A stretch of 64,000 nucleotides of DNA from Takakia lepidozioides. Taxonomy: Eukaryota > Plantae > Bryophyta. A model generated the notes under the pieces. The model was given only the letters and a program-made list of their open reading frames with translations. It searched no databases and was not told the DNA's origin. Every line of letters starts with the position of its first letter. The stretch's first letter is position 1. The stretch lies in NCBI GenBank assembly GCA_030704615.1, contig CM060733.1, positions 29,388,001 to 29,452,000 of the forward strand, in the 5' to 3' direction. The position numbers and the translations under genes were made by a program. Positions 1-10,477 of the stretch are shown piece after piece.

Positions 1-332
1 AAAGACCTCTCCATGTCACTGTATCTATAGGGTCTCCGAAAGATTGGCGTGTCAGTGGCCAACTCAATACGGATCTCTTGACCCTTCAGTGCTCCCAAGT
101 CCTTCAAACTGAAGGCAAAGCAATTCCTGTAAGCCCTCAGGAACCGCCGTATACGTCGTCTCTCTCCTCCGGTGACAATGGGTCCAATGTCAGGCTCCCA
201 ATTGTCCTCCGTAACTGCAACCTTAAGTCAGTGGGCTTAGAGGTAGAGGACGCGTCCTGTGGTTGCTATGCTGCAACCTCTTGAGCAGTACTCCTTCCTG
301 CTCAGTCAATGACAAGGCCTCATCCTGCCCCA

Positions 333-1728
333 TCATCTCATCATTGAGAACCTCCTCAACCCGAGAAGAATCCCAATCTCATCCATCACAGCTGCCTTGG
401 CTGCCAACTCCCTCTGAACCTCGAGCACCTCCCACGTGTGCCATGGATGTCTACACCCCGTGGTCCTCACCGGCTCGCCCCCACTCACTGCCTGTACCGT
501 CTCGGTAGGCAGAGAGACCATGAAGGGGAGTGCACTCCGCACTCTACGTTGCTCAGCCATAGCCAAGCTGATAATCCAGGTCAAGCAATTGAGATCCATT
601 GCTTGCCCCAACACCTGACGCCGTGATGCCTCAGAAAGAGAAGGCACCGTTGTGGTCCCAGTGGAAAACCCCATAGCCCGCTCTCGCTCGTCGGCATTAG
701 GCTCCACTAACTGCTGCAACTGAGCATCCCACAGGAGGCCAGGTCCACCATCCCGAAAAGCATGGGATCCTGGGAAGCTGAGCAGTGTAGGTAATGCTGC
801 TCGTGGTTGACCCACCCTGTTGACCACTGCCAAAGGCGAACGGTCATCGTGTCTCACACGTTGAGACTGCCTCCCTGTGTCCAAAATGCTGTCCACTATG
901 AGGTGTGTTGGCCGCTCCACCCCATCAAATGCACGCTTGAGCAGTGCGGGTGGCATCAAGTTAGTCCACCATAGCCGTGGACGATGAGCCCGTGATCCCA
1001 CTGCAGTTGCATCCAGCAGCACTGCTGACCCAAGCCACGACCGGACTTGATGCACACTGGCCATCACCCTGGCCCGAGAATCGCCCATCAGTGGCACATT
1101 CTCCAAGATGTATGCTGGCGATACAGCTTGATGAAGCTGCAAGTGGCGCAAAATCCGCACCATCTCCCAAAACAGACCCGTCCTCGAGTCTCGCAATCCA
1201 TTGCCATGCCCGGTGATGAATGCCCTTGGCAGGGCCAACCTGCCACTACCAGATCAATGGAGCCAACTGCTCCAAATCCGGCGCCCCCAGCAACGAAATG
1301 TCTGCTGGCAAGGCTTGGTGGTATCCACGAACTGCAGACACTGGCAACAAAGCAGGGTACTGCTGTACCAACTGAGCAACATGGCGCAGTGAGACGCGTC
1401 GTGCAGTCTCATCCCTCTCCACATACAGGTAACGCCTTACCCGCACACCTGCCTGTAGCATAGCAGCCAATCCGGTGCTGATCCCGCCAAACAAGTCCAG
1501 AAGGCAAATGCCTTCATCCGGATACTGCCACACAATAGGTGTGGTATCCAATGGTGACAACTGAGGTGGTCCTGGTGCAATACCCGCACTCTCCTCCTCT
1601 CCTGACGGTACAAAAGCCTCTACCCAGGCTTGTTGCACCCGTCGATCAGCAACCTGCTGCAAATCCTTGCTCGTACCCCACAATGGAGTGTGAGCAGCCA
1701 TGGCAGGCAACTCCGCCATACCATGCAT
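333..1728 (-). pseudogene. DNMT3-like C5 cytosine methyltransferase domain in pol of copy A (frameshifted)
   Basis: Motif I LLDLFGGISTGL, catalytic GWPCQ (in a third frame near 1225-1240, between two 1-nt deletions relative to copy B), LFWEMVR, YILENV, AHRPRLWWTNL, ERAMGF, RRQVLGQAMD. Confidence 0.92.
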
Positions 1729-1734
1729 GTCATC

Positions 1735-3360
1735 CTACTCTGATGGAGGTGGCACATCCTCTGCATGGGCATTGCCTTCCAGCAACTCTCTATTCCATCT
1801 AACTGAAGCTGTAAAGGCGACTAATGTTGGCATCTTGCCCCGCTGGGCAGCCGCTATATCCCCAATGAATGTCACAGGGAGCTGTGCACGGCGACCATTG
1901 CCTGACTGCCATCCAGGCCTGTAGGATGCTAACTCCTCCCAAAAGTCCAGGGTGAAGCCCATGGGGTATAACACTACCCCACCAACGAGGACATCGTAAG
2001 AGACTGCGTCTATCACAATGGCCTTGGCTCGCATTACTGAGCCATCGATAGGATGATCCGGCTGCAGTCTAATGGCCAACTGATGTCGTGTCATGCCCCG
2101 AGCCTGCTCTGATCCTCCCAGAGATGTCTGTATCTGGAAAGGACAAGGCTCCATATCCGCCTCCATGAGGCCCAAACCTGCAATAGCAGCTCTGCCCAAC
2201 ATCAGTGGCTGAGCTCCCGAGTCCAACAAGACCCGCAGTGGCCGGTACTTCTTGCCTGCCGGTCCACTCAAAGTGAAAATGCCTCCCTGGTTGTCTAACA
2301 AGACAACTCCAGGTGTCACCATGGCGCGCTCAAAGGCTGGCCTAGCTGGCAGCTCCGTCAACCTGACAGCTGCAGCTTGCCAGGGCGCAGCCGTGGCAGT
2401 TTTGACCCTCAAATCCGAGGATCCCTCTGCCACTACACCTTCCACTAACTCCGCAGAAGATGAAGTGACATCCCCACTCTCACAGAGTGTTGCTGCTAGT
2501 CGGAACACTGCAGCTGGTCTCACCCCCGGCGTCGCAATCATTGTTGCCGAGAACAGTGGGGCCTGACACACAGAGGTGGCTGCCCCCAATAACACACCGG
2601 CCGCACTAGCCTTGGCAGCAGGTGTCAGTGCTGCACGTGTAGCTCTCCCCAATGGCATAGAAACCTCCGCCTCGGTAACAGTCGGGCGAGAACTAGGTGC
2701 CATGGATGGCGTTGACACTGTCTCCGCCAAGGTGAATGACTGAGGCAGCCTTGCCTGACGGCTTGCCTCCCCACGTTGTGGATCCAACTCCACCTCTGCA
2801 CCTCGTGGCTCAGGAACTCGTGCTGCTCCTCGAGTCACGGCTGCAGCAGACTCCACCTGCTCTAGTGGTAGTGCTGCTCCGCACATGAATCCCATGCCTC
2901 CCATATCTCCTCCCTCAGGAGCAGGAGGTGGACCATCCCGCCTGGGAGCCGGTACCGCCTGAGCTATAGCCATGGCAGCGAGCCTCTGCTCTAGCTGCTG
3001 AAGCCGATTGGCCATGCCTTGGTCAACACCCTGACCTCCGCGTCCTTGGCCATGTGGAGCTTGCCCTTGGCCTGCACCTTGTGCCCGACCACCTCGTCCT
3101 CTTTGGGCTGGTCCACCTCGCCCCCGGCCACCATTGTTCCCTTGGAACTGGCATGGGCGCAACTCAGGATGCAAATCATAACACTGGGCATCTCCATGCC
3201 CATACTTGCCACAATGCCCACACTGCAATTGTGCAGGCTGTGCTTGTGCCGGCCTTTTGCCACTCTCTGGGCAATCTCTCTTGACATGGGGTCCTCCACA
3301 TGTCCAACATATCACCCCTGGTTGCTGTTGGCCTGCAAAAGATGCCACGGGCCTCTGCAC
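1735..3360 (-). CDS. Gag C-terminus with two zinc knuckles, plus retropepsin-like aspartic protease (copy A)
   Basis: CWTCGGPHVKRDC and CGHCGKYGHGDAQC knuckles, RGG-rich tract, VLLDSGAQPLML active-site motif, YDVLVG motif. Confidence 0.88.
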   Translation of the reverse strand: MQRPVASFAGQQQPGVICWTCGGPHVKRDCPESGKRPAQAQPAQLQCGHCGKYGHGDAQCYDLHPELRPCQFQGNNGGRGRGGPAQRGRGGRAQGAGQGQAPHGQGRGGQGVDQGMANRLQQLEQRLAAMAIAQAVPAPRRDGPPPAPEGGDMGGMGFMCGAALPLEQVESAAAVTRGAARVPEPRGAEVELDPQRGEASRQARLPQSFTLAETVSTPSMAPSSRPTVTEAEVSMPLGRATRAALTPAAKASAAGVLLGAATSVCQAPLFSATMIATPGVRPAAVFRLAATLCESGDVTSSSAELVEGVVAEGSSDLRVKTATAAPWQAAAVRLTELPARPAFERAMVTPGVVLLDNQGGIFTLSGPAGKKYRPLRVLLDSGAQPLMLGRAAIAGLGLMEADMEPCPFQIQTSLGGSEQARGMTRHQLAIRLQPDHPIDGSVMRAKAIVIDAVSYDVLVGGVVLYPMGFTLDFWEELASYRPGWQSGNGRRAQLPVTFIGDIAAAQRGKMPTLVAFTASVRWNRELLEGNAHAEDVPPPSE

Positions 3361-3423
3361 CTGAGGTCCCCTGTAAGCTCCATGGAACTTGGGCTGGGCA
3401 ACCTTGCCCCCCTGACCACGCTG

Positions 3424-4464
3424 TTAGGTAGTCCCTTGTGCCTGTGGGCTGACAGCTGTGCCCCGTGCAGGCATGTCCTTGCCAAATCCAATTGTAACAA
3501 CTCGCTCCTCCACAATGTTGAGCTCAATCCGCTCAGCCAGCAGAAACACATCTGCTAATGTGGGTTGGGCTGCTTGTAACAGGGTTGCATCTCGCACCCT
3601 TCTCTTGAGCTCCTTGTCCAGAATTCTATACCAAAACTGGATTGTCTGAGCTTCAGTAACCCCTTGGGTCACACTTATCAAGCGCCTCATACGAGTGTAC
3701 GCCTCTCGCAGGCTCTCACTGGGTTTGCGCTGGAAGTCTTGCAAACTTCGCAGCTTCTCTGTCCGTACACCTTGGTAGTTCCTCCGCAACTCCTGGAAGA
3801 ACTCCACCACCGGGTTGAATCTAGGCACATGTGTTGTAGTCGTGGCAGGAGAAGTAGTAGCACCTTTTGAACTGGTACCACCTGCAGAAGTACCAGCACT
3901 ACTTGCTCCACTACTAGTGCTGGCAGTGGGAGCTATTGGTACTGATGCAACTACTGGTCGCGTCGTGCCTCGAGTAATGGAGACGTAGTCAGGTGACCAA
4001 TATATCCTCCACTCCTCAATCTCTGCTTCATGTCCTCGCCTGAACTCGTGGTAATCGTCCATAGGCGGGCCTTCCAAATGCTGGAACAGTCCCTTCCACG
4101 CCATGAATGGGGTGAATAGCTGTGGATTGCGCATCTGCTGCAAATCACACCAGCTGTCGAACTCCTAGATAAAGTCATCCAACTCGATTGTGCCCACAGC
4201 TCCAGAGTACCTACGAGGCCCCTTGGTAGCTCCATACATCTCCTCCATGTCGTCCCACAACAATGGCGAATGAAAGTGCACACCTGTTGATGAAACCTCC
4301 GAGTCTGTGTCTGACTCTACAGTAATTGAGGGTGGCGGTGAAGGTGGTCTGAACCGAATACCTCGTCTTGTGAACCCACTCTCACTGTTACTGCCTGTAG
4401 CCGTACTCCCCTCAAAACCCTTGGGTAACTCCGTAATGACACTCACAATGTGCACCTCCTCCAC
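3424..4464 (-). pseudogene. Gag capsid region of copy A
   Basis: ORFs 4165-4464 and 3424-4143 are in frame, separated by a TAG where copy B has CAA (FIQEF). Contains a QRKPSESLREAYTRMRRL major-homology-like motif. Confidence 0.82.
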
Positions 4465-4983
4465 GTGACACTATAAGGCTCTAGTACTAATCTAATAGTG
4501 ACACGGGTGGGCACCTGTTGCAGTTTAAGGGTCATATCCCAATGGCTCAGGGCACCTGCACCTGCATCCACCGCAAGAACTCCTATGGTTGGCTGGTCAT
4601 CAACCCAGCCTCACCATAGAAGAAACATTGGTGGTCTTGCTGGTCATCACTCCAGCCTCACCACCGACAGCATACTCTAGGATTGACCGGTGATCAAATC
4701 CGGCCTAATCCCTATGAAAGCAAGCGCCCACACAAAACCAACATGGCGCACAGTCAAGCATGCAGGTGTTGGGGGGGATCCAAACACAAGAAATCAAAAC
4801 ATCAACACCCCCACACCAAAATCCAGCTGCAATGCTGATCCTGTAGAATAGCCCAGCCCAAAACCCCGGACTGACTGGCCTCCACCAAGAGAGGCTTTGG
4901 CAACTACAAGTACAAGGTAATGAAAATAGTACAGAGATGGAGGGGAAGAATAGAAGCCCGACCAAGCAAGATCTAATCCTGAT

Positions 4984-5631
4984 CTATGCTATCAACTGCC
5001 AGACTTCTCTCAAAGTGCCTCGCTCTGCATGATGGTAAAGTGTAGGAGGTATATCTATGTCCAGAAACCTGCCACTAACCTTGTCCCAAGCTACAGTAGC
5101 TCGCTCTAACCAACCCTTCTCCTCTTTCTGCCAGGTAGAGACAAAGCAATACTCCCCTATCTCCGGCTCACTGAACACTAAGGAAAACAAAGGTAGGGTC
5201 TGATAGTCTCTCAACTCGAAAGCTTTGAGACGGTTGCGGGTGTCCTCATTGCGAATGACTACATCTCCTTCACGTACAACAAACATGTCATTGTTAATGA
5301 ACCCCCGCTCGTGGTTGCCCTGTGCAGAGCGTATCCAGCTGCAACCATGTCTGATTGCACAAACTTGTGTAGCTCCTGCTCCTCTGCTCCAGTACACCAC
5401 GGCCTTGTGGCTGAACACCTTGGTCCCCGGGGCTGTCTTTGGCTGTGTTCCAAGCCTAGCTTTCACCCACTTTGGTATTTCACCTACAGCTGCAGAACTG
5501 CTGGCTCCAACAGAGTTCTGACTGTCCAAGGCGATATTGAGGCCCTCAATGCCAACTACAACAGTCTGTTGTCTACTGCTAATGCCTGACTCCCAGTATG
5601 CAATCAACTCGTCCAACTGTTCTCCACTCAA
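4984..5631 (-). CDS. Extra orphan ORF upstream of gag in copy A
   Basis: 215-aa open frame with globular-looking composition in the element's sense strand. No family recognised; not seen in copy B. Confidence 0.45.
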   Translation of the reverse strand: MSGEQLDELIAYWESGISSRQQTVVVGIEGLNIALDSQNSVGASSSAAVGEIPKWVKARLGTQPKTAPGTKVFSHKAVVYWSRGAGATQVCAIRHGCSWIRSAQGNHERGFINNDMFVVREGDVVIRNEDTRNRLKAFELRDYQTLPLFSLVFSEPEIGEYCFVSTWQKEEKGWLERATVAWDKVSGRFLDIDIPPTLYHHAERGTLREVWQLIA

Positions 5632-6184
5632 ATCAGTCTGAGTTCCTTGGGAAACATAAATCTTGTCCCCTTGTGGGGGGATAGCTGCAGAAAGGGGATA
5701 TCTACCTATCTAGACCTGGTTTTTGTTTTTGGGACTCTGCTAGAAATCTATGGAATTTTTAGAGTGTGAGTGTGCCATGAAAGATCCACAATCCTGTTTC
5801 TAGAACCTATTCTGGTCTACATGAGAGATAAATCTGGGGATGTACTCCTTGTATGGCTGGGGGAAATGAGGACGTAATTGAAGGGCAGGTCTCTTCTCTT
5901 AGCCTGTAGGTCAAACAGAGTCCATTTGACAAAGATATGACCAATTTGGCTTTAAATCATTTAAATTAGATCAAAATGCCCTGTTTTTTTTTTTTTTTTT
6001 TAAGGTTTTCAAATTTAAAAATTTAAAGTTACACCCAAACTATCTGGTAACTGGTTCCCGGTTCCCTATGTTCTATATGGTTTCCTAGGTTCCCTGGCCA
6101 CGTGCCCTATAATTCACACCTTGCTCCAGTCTTCTGCATACCGAGAGTGAGAGAGAGAGAGGGAGGGAACTGTGGCACTCAGCA

Positions 6185-6570
6185 GTGTCTTGCTGTGAGA
6201 GAGAGTGGTGTCAACATTCCGTGATTGCTTGCAGGCTTGCGCACCAAGAGAGGGGGAGGAAAGACATGTTTATGGACGCCATGTACAGGCGAGGGGTCAC
6301 TCACAGTCTGTTCGAGGCCTTGGTGGCTAACGATAAACTCACTGAGGAGGATTACCAGCGGGAAGCACTGGACTTTGTGCTGGAGCTTGCGGGTCCCCGG
6401 CCCATTCCAGTTACGGGGGAGAAAGCCCTCGGCACTGATGCGTTTGTCTATGTCGATGAGCTGCCGGTTCCTGCGTTTGCTGTTGATTGTAACATGCGCT
6501 GTGTGTTGTGGAACAAGCGCGCTGCTGATCTCAGTGGCTGGCTTGAGTCTGATGTTGCCACCATCTCTTT
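6185..6570 (+). pseudogene. PAS-domain-like gene fragment in the leader of copy A
   Basis: VDELPVPAFAVDCNMRCVLWNKRAADLSGW resembles the PAS signature (PIFAVD...WNxKxAELTG) of phytochrome and sensor proteins. Confidence 0.6.
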
Positions 6571-6953
6571 TTTAGATTCAGCATCAAATTCTAGTTGGTC
6601 TCCTTTTTCTGAAAGTCTTTCGTCATTGCACCCTCTCTGTCTCGCAGGAAGATTACACGGCATTGTCCGCCCTTTCTCTCTTGACACGGCCTGCAGCCTC
6701 GTACTCTCCTTGCGGTCTTCACCTTTACTTTTGTTTCCCCTAATATTAGTCAGATGGTACGGACACCCCCTTTGGTCTCCGATTCCGAGCTTTCTCCTCT
6801 CCTCCAGCTTTAGCTTCGCAGCCTGTCTCAGGGTTGTCTTCTCTTGATCCGTCAATGTCTTTCTCTAACTTGCTTCGGTCGGAAATAGCATCGTCCTCAT
6901 TAGGTGAATCTTCCGATGGTCTGTCAGCCTTGCAACCAGGCTCGACAAGTCTT

Positions 6954-7199
6954 GCCGTGCAGAGGATGGCTCACCCTGACGGTGAGCTGGCCACTGCAAG
7001 AGCAGTATCTGCTGCTGGCACAGTCATGACCCTGTCATCCTGGGCAACCAGCAATGTTGAAGAGGTTGCATCAGTAGGTCCTGGCATCCGCTTCTTCCAG
7101 CTTTACGTATACAAGGGCAGAAATGTGGTTGCACAATTGGTACGCCGAGCAGAGCGTGCAGGTTTTAAGGCCATTGCCCTCACTGTGGACACCCCTCGT
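6954..7199 (+). pseudogene. GLO/GOX: Intronless glycolate oxidase (FMN alpha-hydroxy-acid oxidase) fragment
   Basis: [80 protein letters not shown] closely matches plant GOX. Confidence 0.92.
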
Positions 7200-7600
7200 A
7201 CTCGAATGTCATAGGGCAGAATGCCATTCAGGGATGTATGCGAGAATTGTAACTGGTCAAAGCAATATGGAGTCACAAAATGAGCCACCTGATCCCAGGC
7301 ATGAACACCAGCATCTGTGCGGCCTGCAGCGCAAAGAAGCAGCTGATCACGTGTGCATCTGGTCACCTTGGCCAGTGCATCCTCTACCAAGTACTGCACT
7401 GTCACACCGTTTGCCCTTGACTACAGTCGCCACCCTGAGTAATTGGTGCCATCATAGGAGATAACCAACCTCCATTTCCATGTGGGTTTGCTCTCCACGC
7501 CGACTTCAGTTTGAGTGAGCTCAACGCCACTGTGAGGAGTCTCGAAGGTTAAAAGCCCGTTGTCTGGCTTCGCACTCTTAGCACGATTCATCTGACCACT
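7197..7600 (-). pseudogene. Intronless tRNA pseudouridine synthase (TruA family) N-terminal fragment
   Basis: KWRLVISYDGTNYSGW...TVQ...AAGRTDAGVHAWDQVAHF...[12 protein letters not shown] in one frame, with a single TAG at 7421-7423. Confidence 0.9.
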
Positions 7601-7614
7601 GCGACAGCTATAGG

Positions 7615-7742
7615 GAGTTCTAAGTTCCTTGTAAACCCAACCCCCATCGTTGTGCCTTATCACGATGGGCCCGTTCTTGTAGGGACAAATGGAACTCTTA
7701 ACATTTATACCATCTACTACGGTACTTTCACTGCTGCCCAGC
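7615..7742 (+). pseudogene. Phi-1/EXORDIUM-like N-terminal fragment
   Basis: PYHDGPVLVG..TLNIYTIYYGTFTAAQ matches the YHxGxxL...V.LIWYG.F...Q start of the Phi-1 domain. Confidence 0.65.
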
Positions 7743-8166
7743 TAGTACCCCTTATGCACAGCCCACATAATCCTTCTCCCCCAACAAGCCCACTGGCCTG
7801 CTCAACACAAAGCCCAGCGAAGGCCCTCAACGAGAAGACCCCCGGCGCCACTGACACCACGCCCCCGCAGCCTCTCCATACGCCTGGGCCAGTTACCGGA
7901 TCACCACACGTACCTTGCACCTCGCCAGTAGCTTCACTGGCGCGACTCCTCAAGCTTCTCCAACATGCTGCGATTCTGGATGGGCTACTCTTTGTTTGAG
8001 CAGCATGTTGTGGACGCCGAGCTACCACTCATTGAAGAAGAACGCTCCGGATTCGAACTGCAAAGCATTGGCCTCTGGCGACCATCTCTACTATAATAGT
8101 GCTTAAAAACAAAAACATCATATCTAGCTTAGCACTGGAAAACTAGATAGAGTCATCTCTCTCGAG

Positions 8167-8515
8167 TGATAGAAAAGCTAAGTACACACTGTTGACACAA
8201 AACATGACAACCAAAACCATCACTCTTTAGAATAGAAGTCGAGCCAGGGGCACCCCAAGCTGTGGGGACTCCACCCCACAACAACCTACACTCCCATCAT
8301 GAGCACACTCAGTCCTACACGATGAAGGAGCTCGGTCGCGCAGGCTCAACTCGAGAGAGATGAGCCGCGCGACTGCCGCTCTCGTGAAGATAAGACGGGT
8401 CAGGTGTCAAACTAAACTTGACACCTGATTTAACACTTGACCTAAATCCAAGTGTTAAATACAAATAACTAGCTTTATTCTAGCTAGTTTCACACTGTGC
8501 TTATTTAACTTGACA
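8167..8515 (-). repeat. 5' terminal repeat (X-type LTR segment) of copy A
   Basis: TG...CA ends. Shares blocks with 41405-41731 (GGCTCAACTCGAG, CGTGAAGATAA, CTAGCTAGTTTCACACT, AACTTGACA) and contains several hairpins. Confidence 0.85.
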
Positions 8516-9149
8516 TTGGCTTCAGCATGGGCTGCCAGCTGGGGCAGCTCTCTGGGTTCAAATCCCACCCATGCTCTCCCACTATGGATGGGAGATGAAG
8601 TAGTTGGCTGTTGTGCTTGATTCTGGCCTTTGTCTTCATGTTGCTAGACTCCATTTTGTGTGCCTTAGGCTTGTGTGGAACTTGGGCAAAAGAATGAGAG
8701 CAGGTGGAAGCTGATATGCACATGCCAGCTGTCTTTGTGCTTCAGCAAAACTGCTGCTGCCTATGGCATTTTGACCCCCCTTACTTTGACCAGTTGTAAA
8801 TCAGAAAATATGAATCCATTTTTTGCATTCTATGGCTCATCAGAATGCCAATGTGCTGGACAACAGGTCCTGAAGATTTCATCCCATCATTGAAAATTGC
8901 AAATTCCTCCAATTTCCCTTATTGTTTTGGGAGGGGCCCAAAAAATGGGCCCCACACTCAACGGTGGCGTTTCTCTGATTGTTTCCTGATTGGCCTGGAA
9001 ATTTACAGGTGTCTGGAAGGGGTAGGTATGAGCATAATGTCCGGTCAATTTTCCCAAAAACACTTTTTTTTTGCTGAGATATTCTCATTTTTCTGAGCTG
9101 GGGTCCACTTTTTTCAAAAAGTCAACATTGGGCACTGGGCGCTTAAGGG
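8516..9149. mobile_element. Right end of a piggyBac-like element, probably the insertion target of copy A
   Basis: Ends GGGCGCTTAAGGG|TTAA at 9149/9150. The terminal ~50 bp resemble the right end of the TTAA-flanked element at 43816-44433. The left end is not visible. Confidence 0.5.
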
Positions 9150-10477
9150 TTAAACACATAGTAACATGGACCATGTCAATCAACTAACATAACCATTTAT
9201 TGACCTTAAAGTAACCTCCCACCTTAAAGAAAACTGAGCTCAAGGTCCATATCAATCCTGGATCGTTGATCTAGGTGAAACTCAATCAGGATCATTGATC
9301 ACGGAATGTGATCCCTTCTCCTACATGTTTAGATTCATTCTTCTTGTCTCGACTCATTCATGACTTGGTACTTATCTCAAAGTGCGCGCCGGTGGTTATT
9401 AACTTGTCCATTAAGTGGTATCATCATGATCATGTATGAGTTAAAAGGGTTCATTGGAGTTCCATTATGGCCCACCACATGACCTAATCTGGACCACTTG
9501 TGATCAAAGCACATTTTAGAGATGGCATATGGTTAGTTTTATGTATTTTTCTAGGGGTACGTTTTGGGATGTGCTCCATTTTAGGTGTTTCTACCTTAGA
9601 TGTTGCGAGTGCTCTCGCCACAAGTCCCATGGGGGAAGGGCATGTAACCTATGCAGAACAATTGTAAACCGGAAGAGGGCCTCATTTTGCAATGGCACGC
9701 ATGCAAATTCTGCACTCAGGATGTGAGATGGACTTGTGCCTCTGGCGCCAAGCATTGCTTGGAGAAAAGATGACTGTAATGGTTCCTTATTCTTTTCCCA
9801 ACAGGAAACTGGGACAGCAGATGCCTAGAATTCCCAACCAAAAGTGGGGGAGACAACGTTGTCAAACAGCCACTTTTTGGTTGGGGGATGGCGCAGATGA
9901 ATCTGTTTGCATTTGGCGGATGGAGGCAGCCTTGCCTTTTGTCAATTTGTCCATGGCAGTTGCTGCAAACTGGAATTTGGGGGAGCACACCATGCTTATT
10001 GACCTCCACTGGTGGCACAACAATCTTTGCCAACTCCACGTCCTCTATCCCCCGGAATTTCTTCTTCTTCGTCCCACCTTCTCCCTTCTTTGTAACCTCT
10101 TTCCCCTCCACCTTTGTTACCCCATTGGCCTCCCCCGAATGCACAATCACCACTTCGTCTTCATGGGACCTCTTCTTCTTCTTCTTCTTTTCCTTCCCCT
10201 TCTCCGTCACTATGTCTTTCCCCTTCCCCGCTACTTCCACTCTCTCATCTCTCTTCCTTCTCTCTAGTCTCTCCTCGGTAGCCCCTTCATTGATGGTAAA
10301 AGGGACCTCAGGAGGTCGAGGCCTCACCTTTGGTGTTCGGGTCCTTCATGAAGACCACGTGCCCTCCATCATTGGCAACCCCACCAGACTGCACCAATGT
10401 GGCCAAGAATGTTGCTGCCTCCTGAAGACGAATAACCCCCCCAAATTCAAAAAAAGAAACAAACAACAAAGAAAATC

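Larger units (their letters stand above)
1..8515 (-). mobile_element. Gypsy-type retrotransposon copy A carrying a DNMT3-like methyltransferase (5' part only; RT/IN lie beyond the left window edge)
   Basis: Minus-strand gag, CCHC knuckles, protease (LLDSGAQ), C5-MTase motifs and RT N-terminal linker. Positions 1-4260 are collinear with about 34171-38430 of copy B. Terminal repeat at 8167-8515 ends in ...AACTTGACA like copy B. Confidence 0.93.

Noticed and set aside
8167-8515. Hammerhead ribozyme in repeat X
   Set aside because: A GAAAC next to a stem is present, but no CUGANGA core is properly placed on either strand.
9716-10327. Lys/Glu-rich minus-strand ORF as a gene
   Set aside because: Low complexity, long ORFs overlap on both strands, and no family was recognised.
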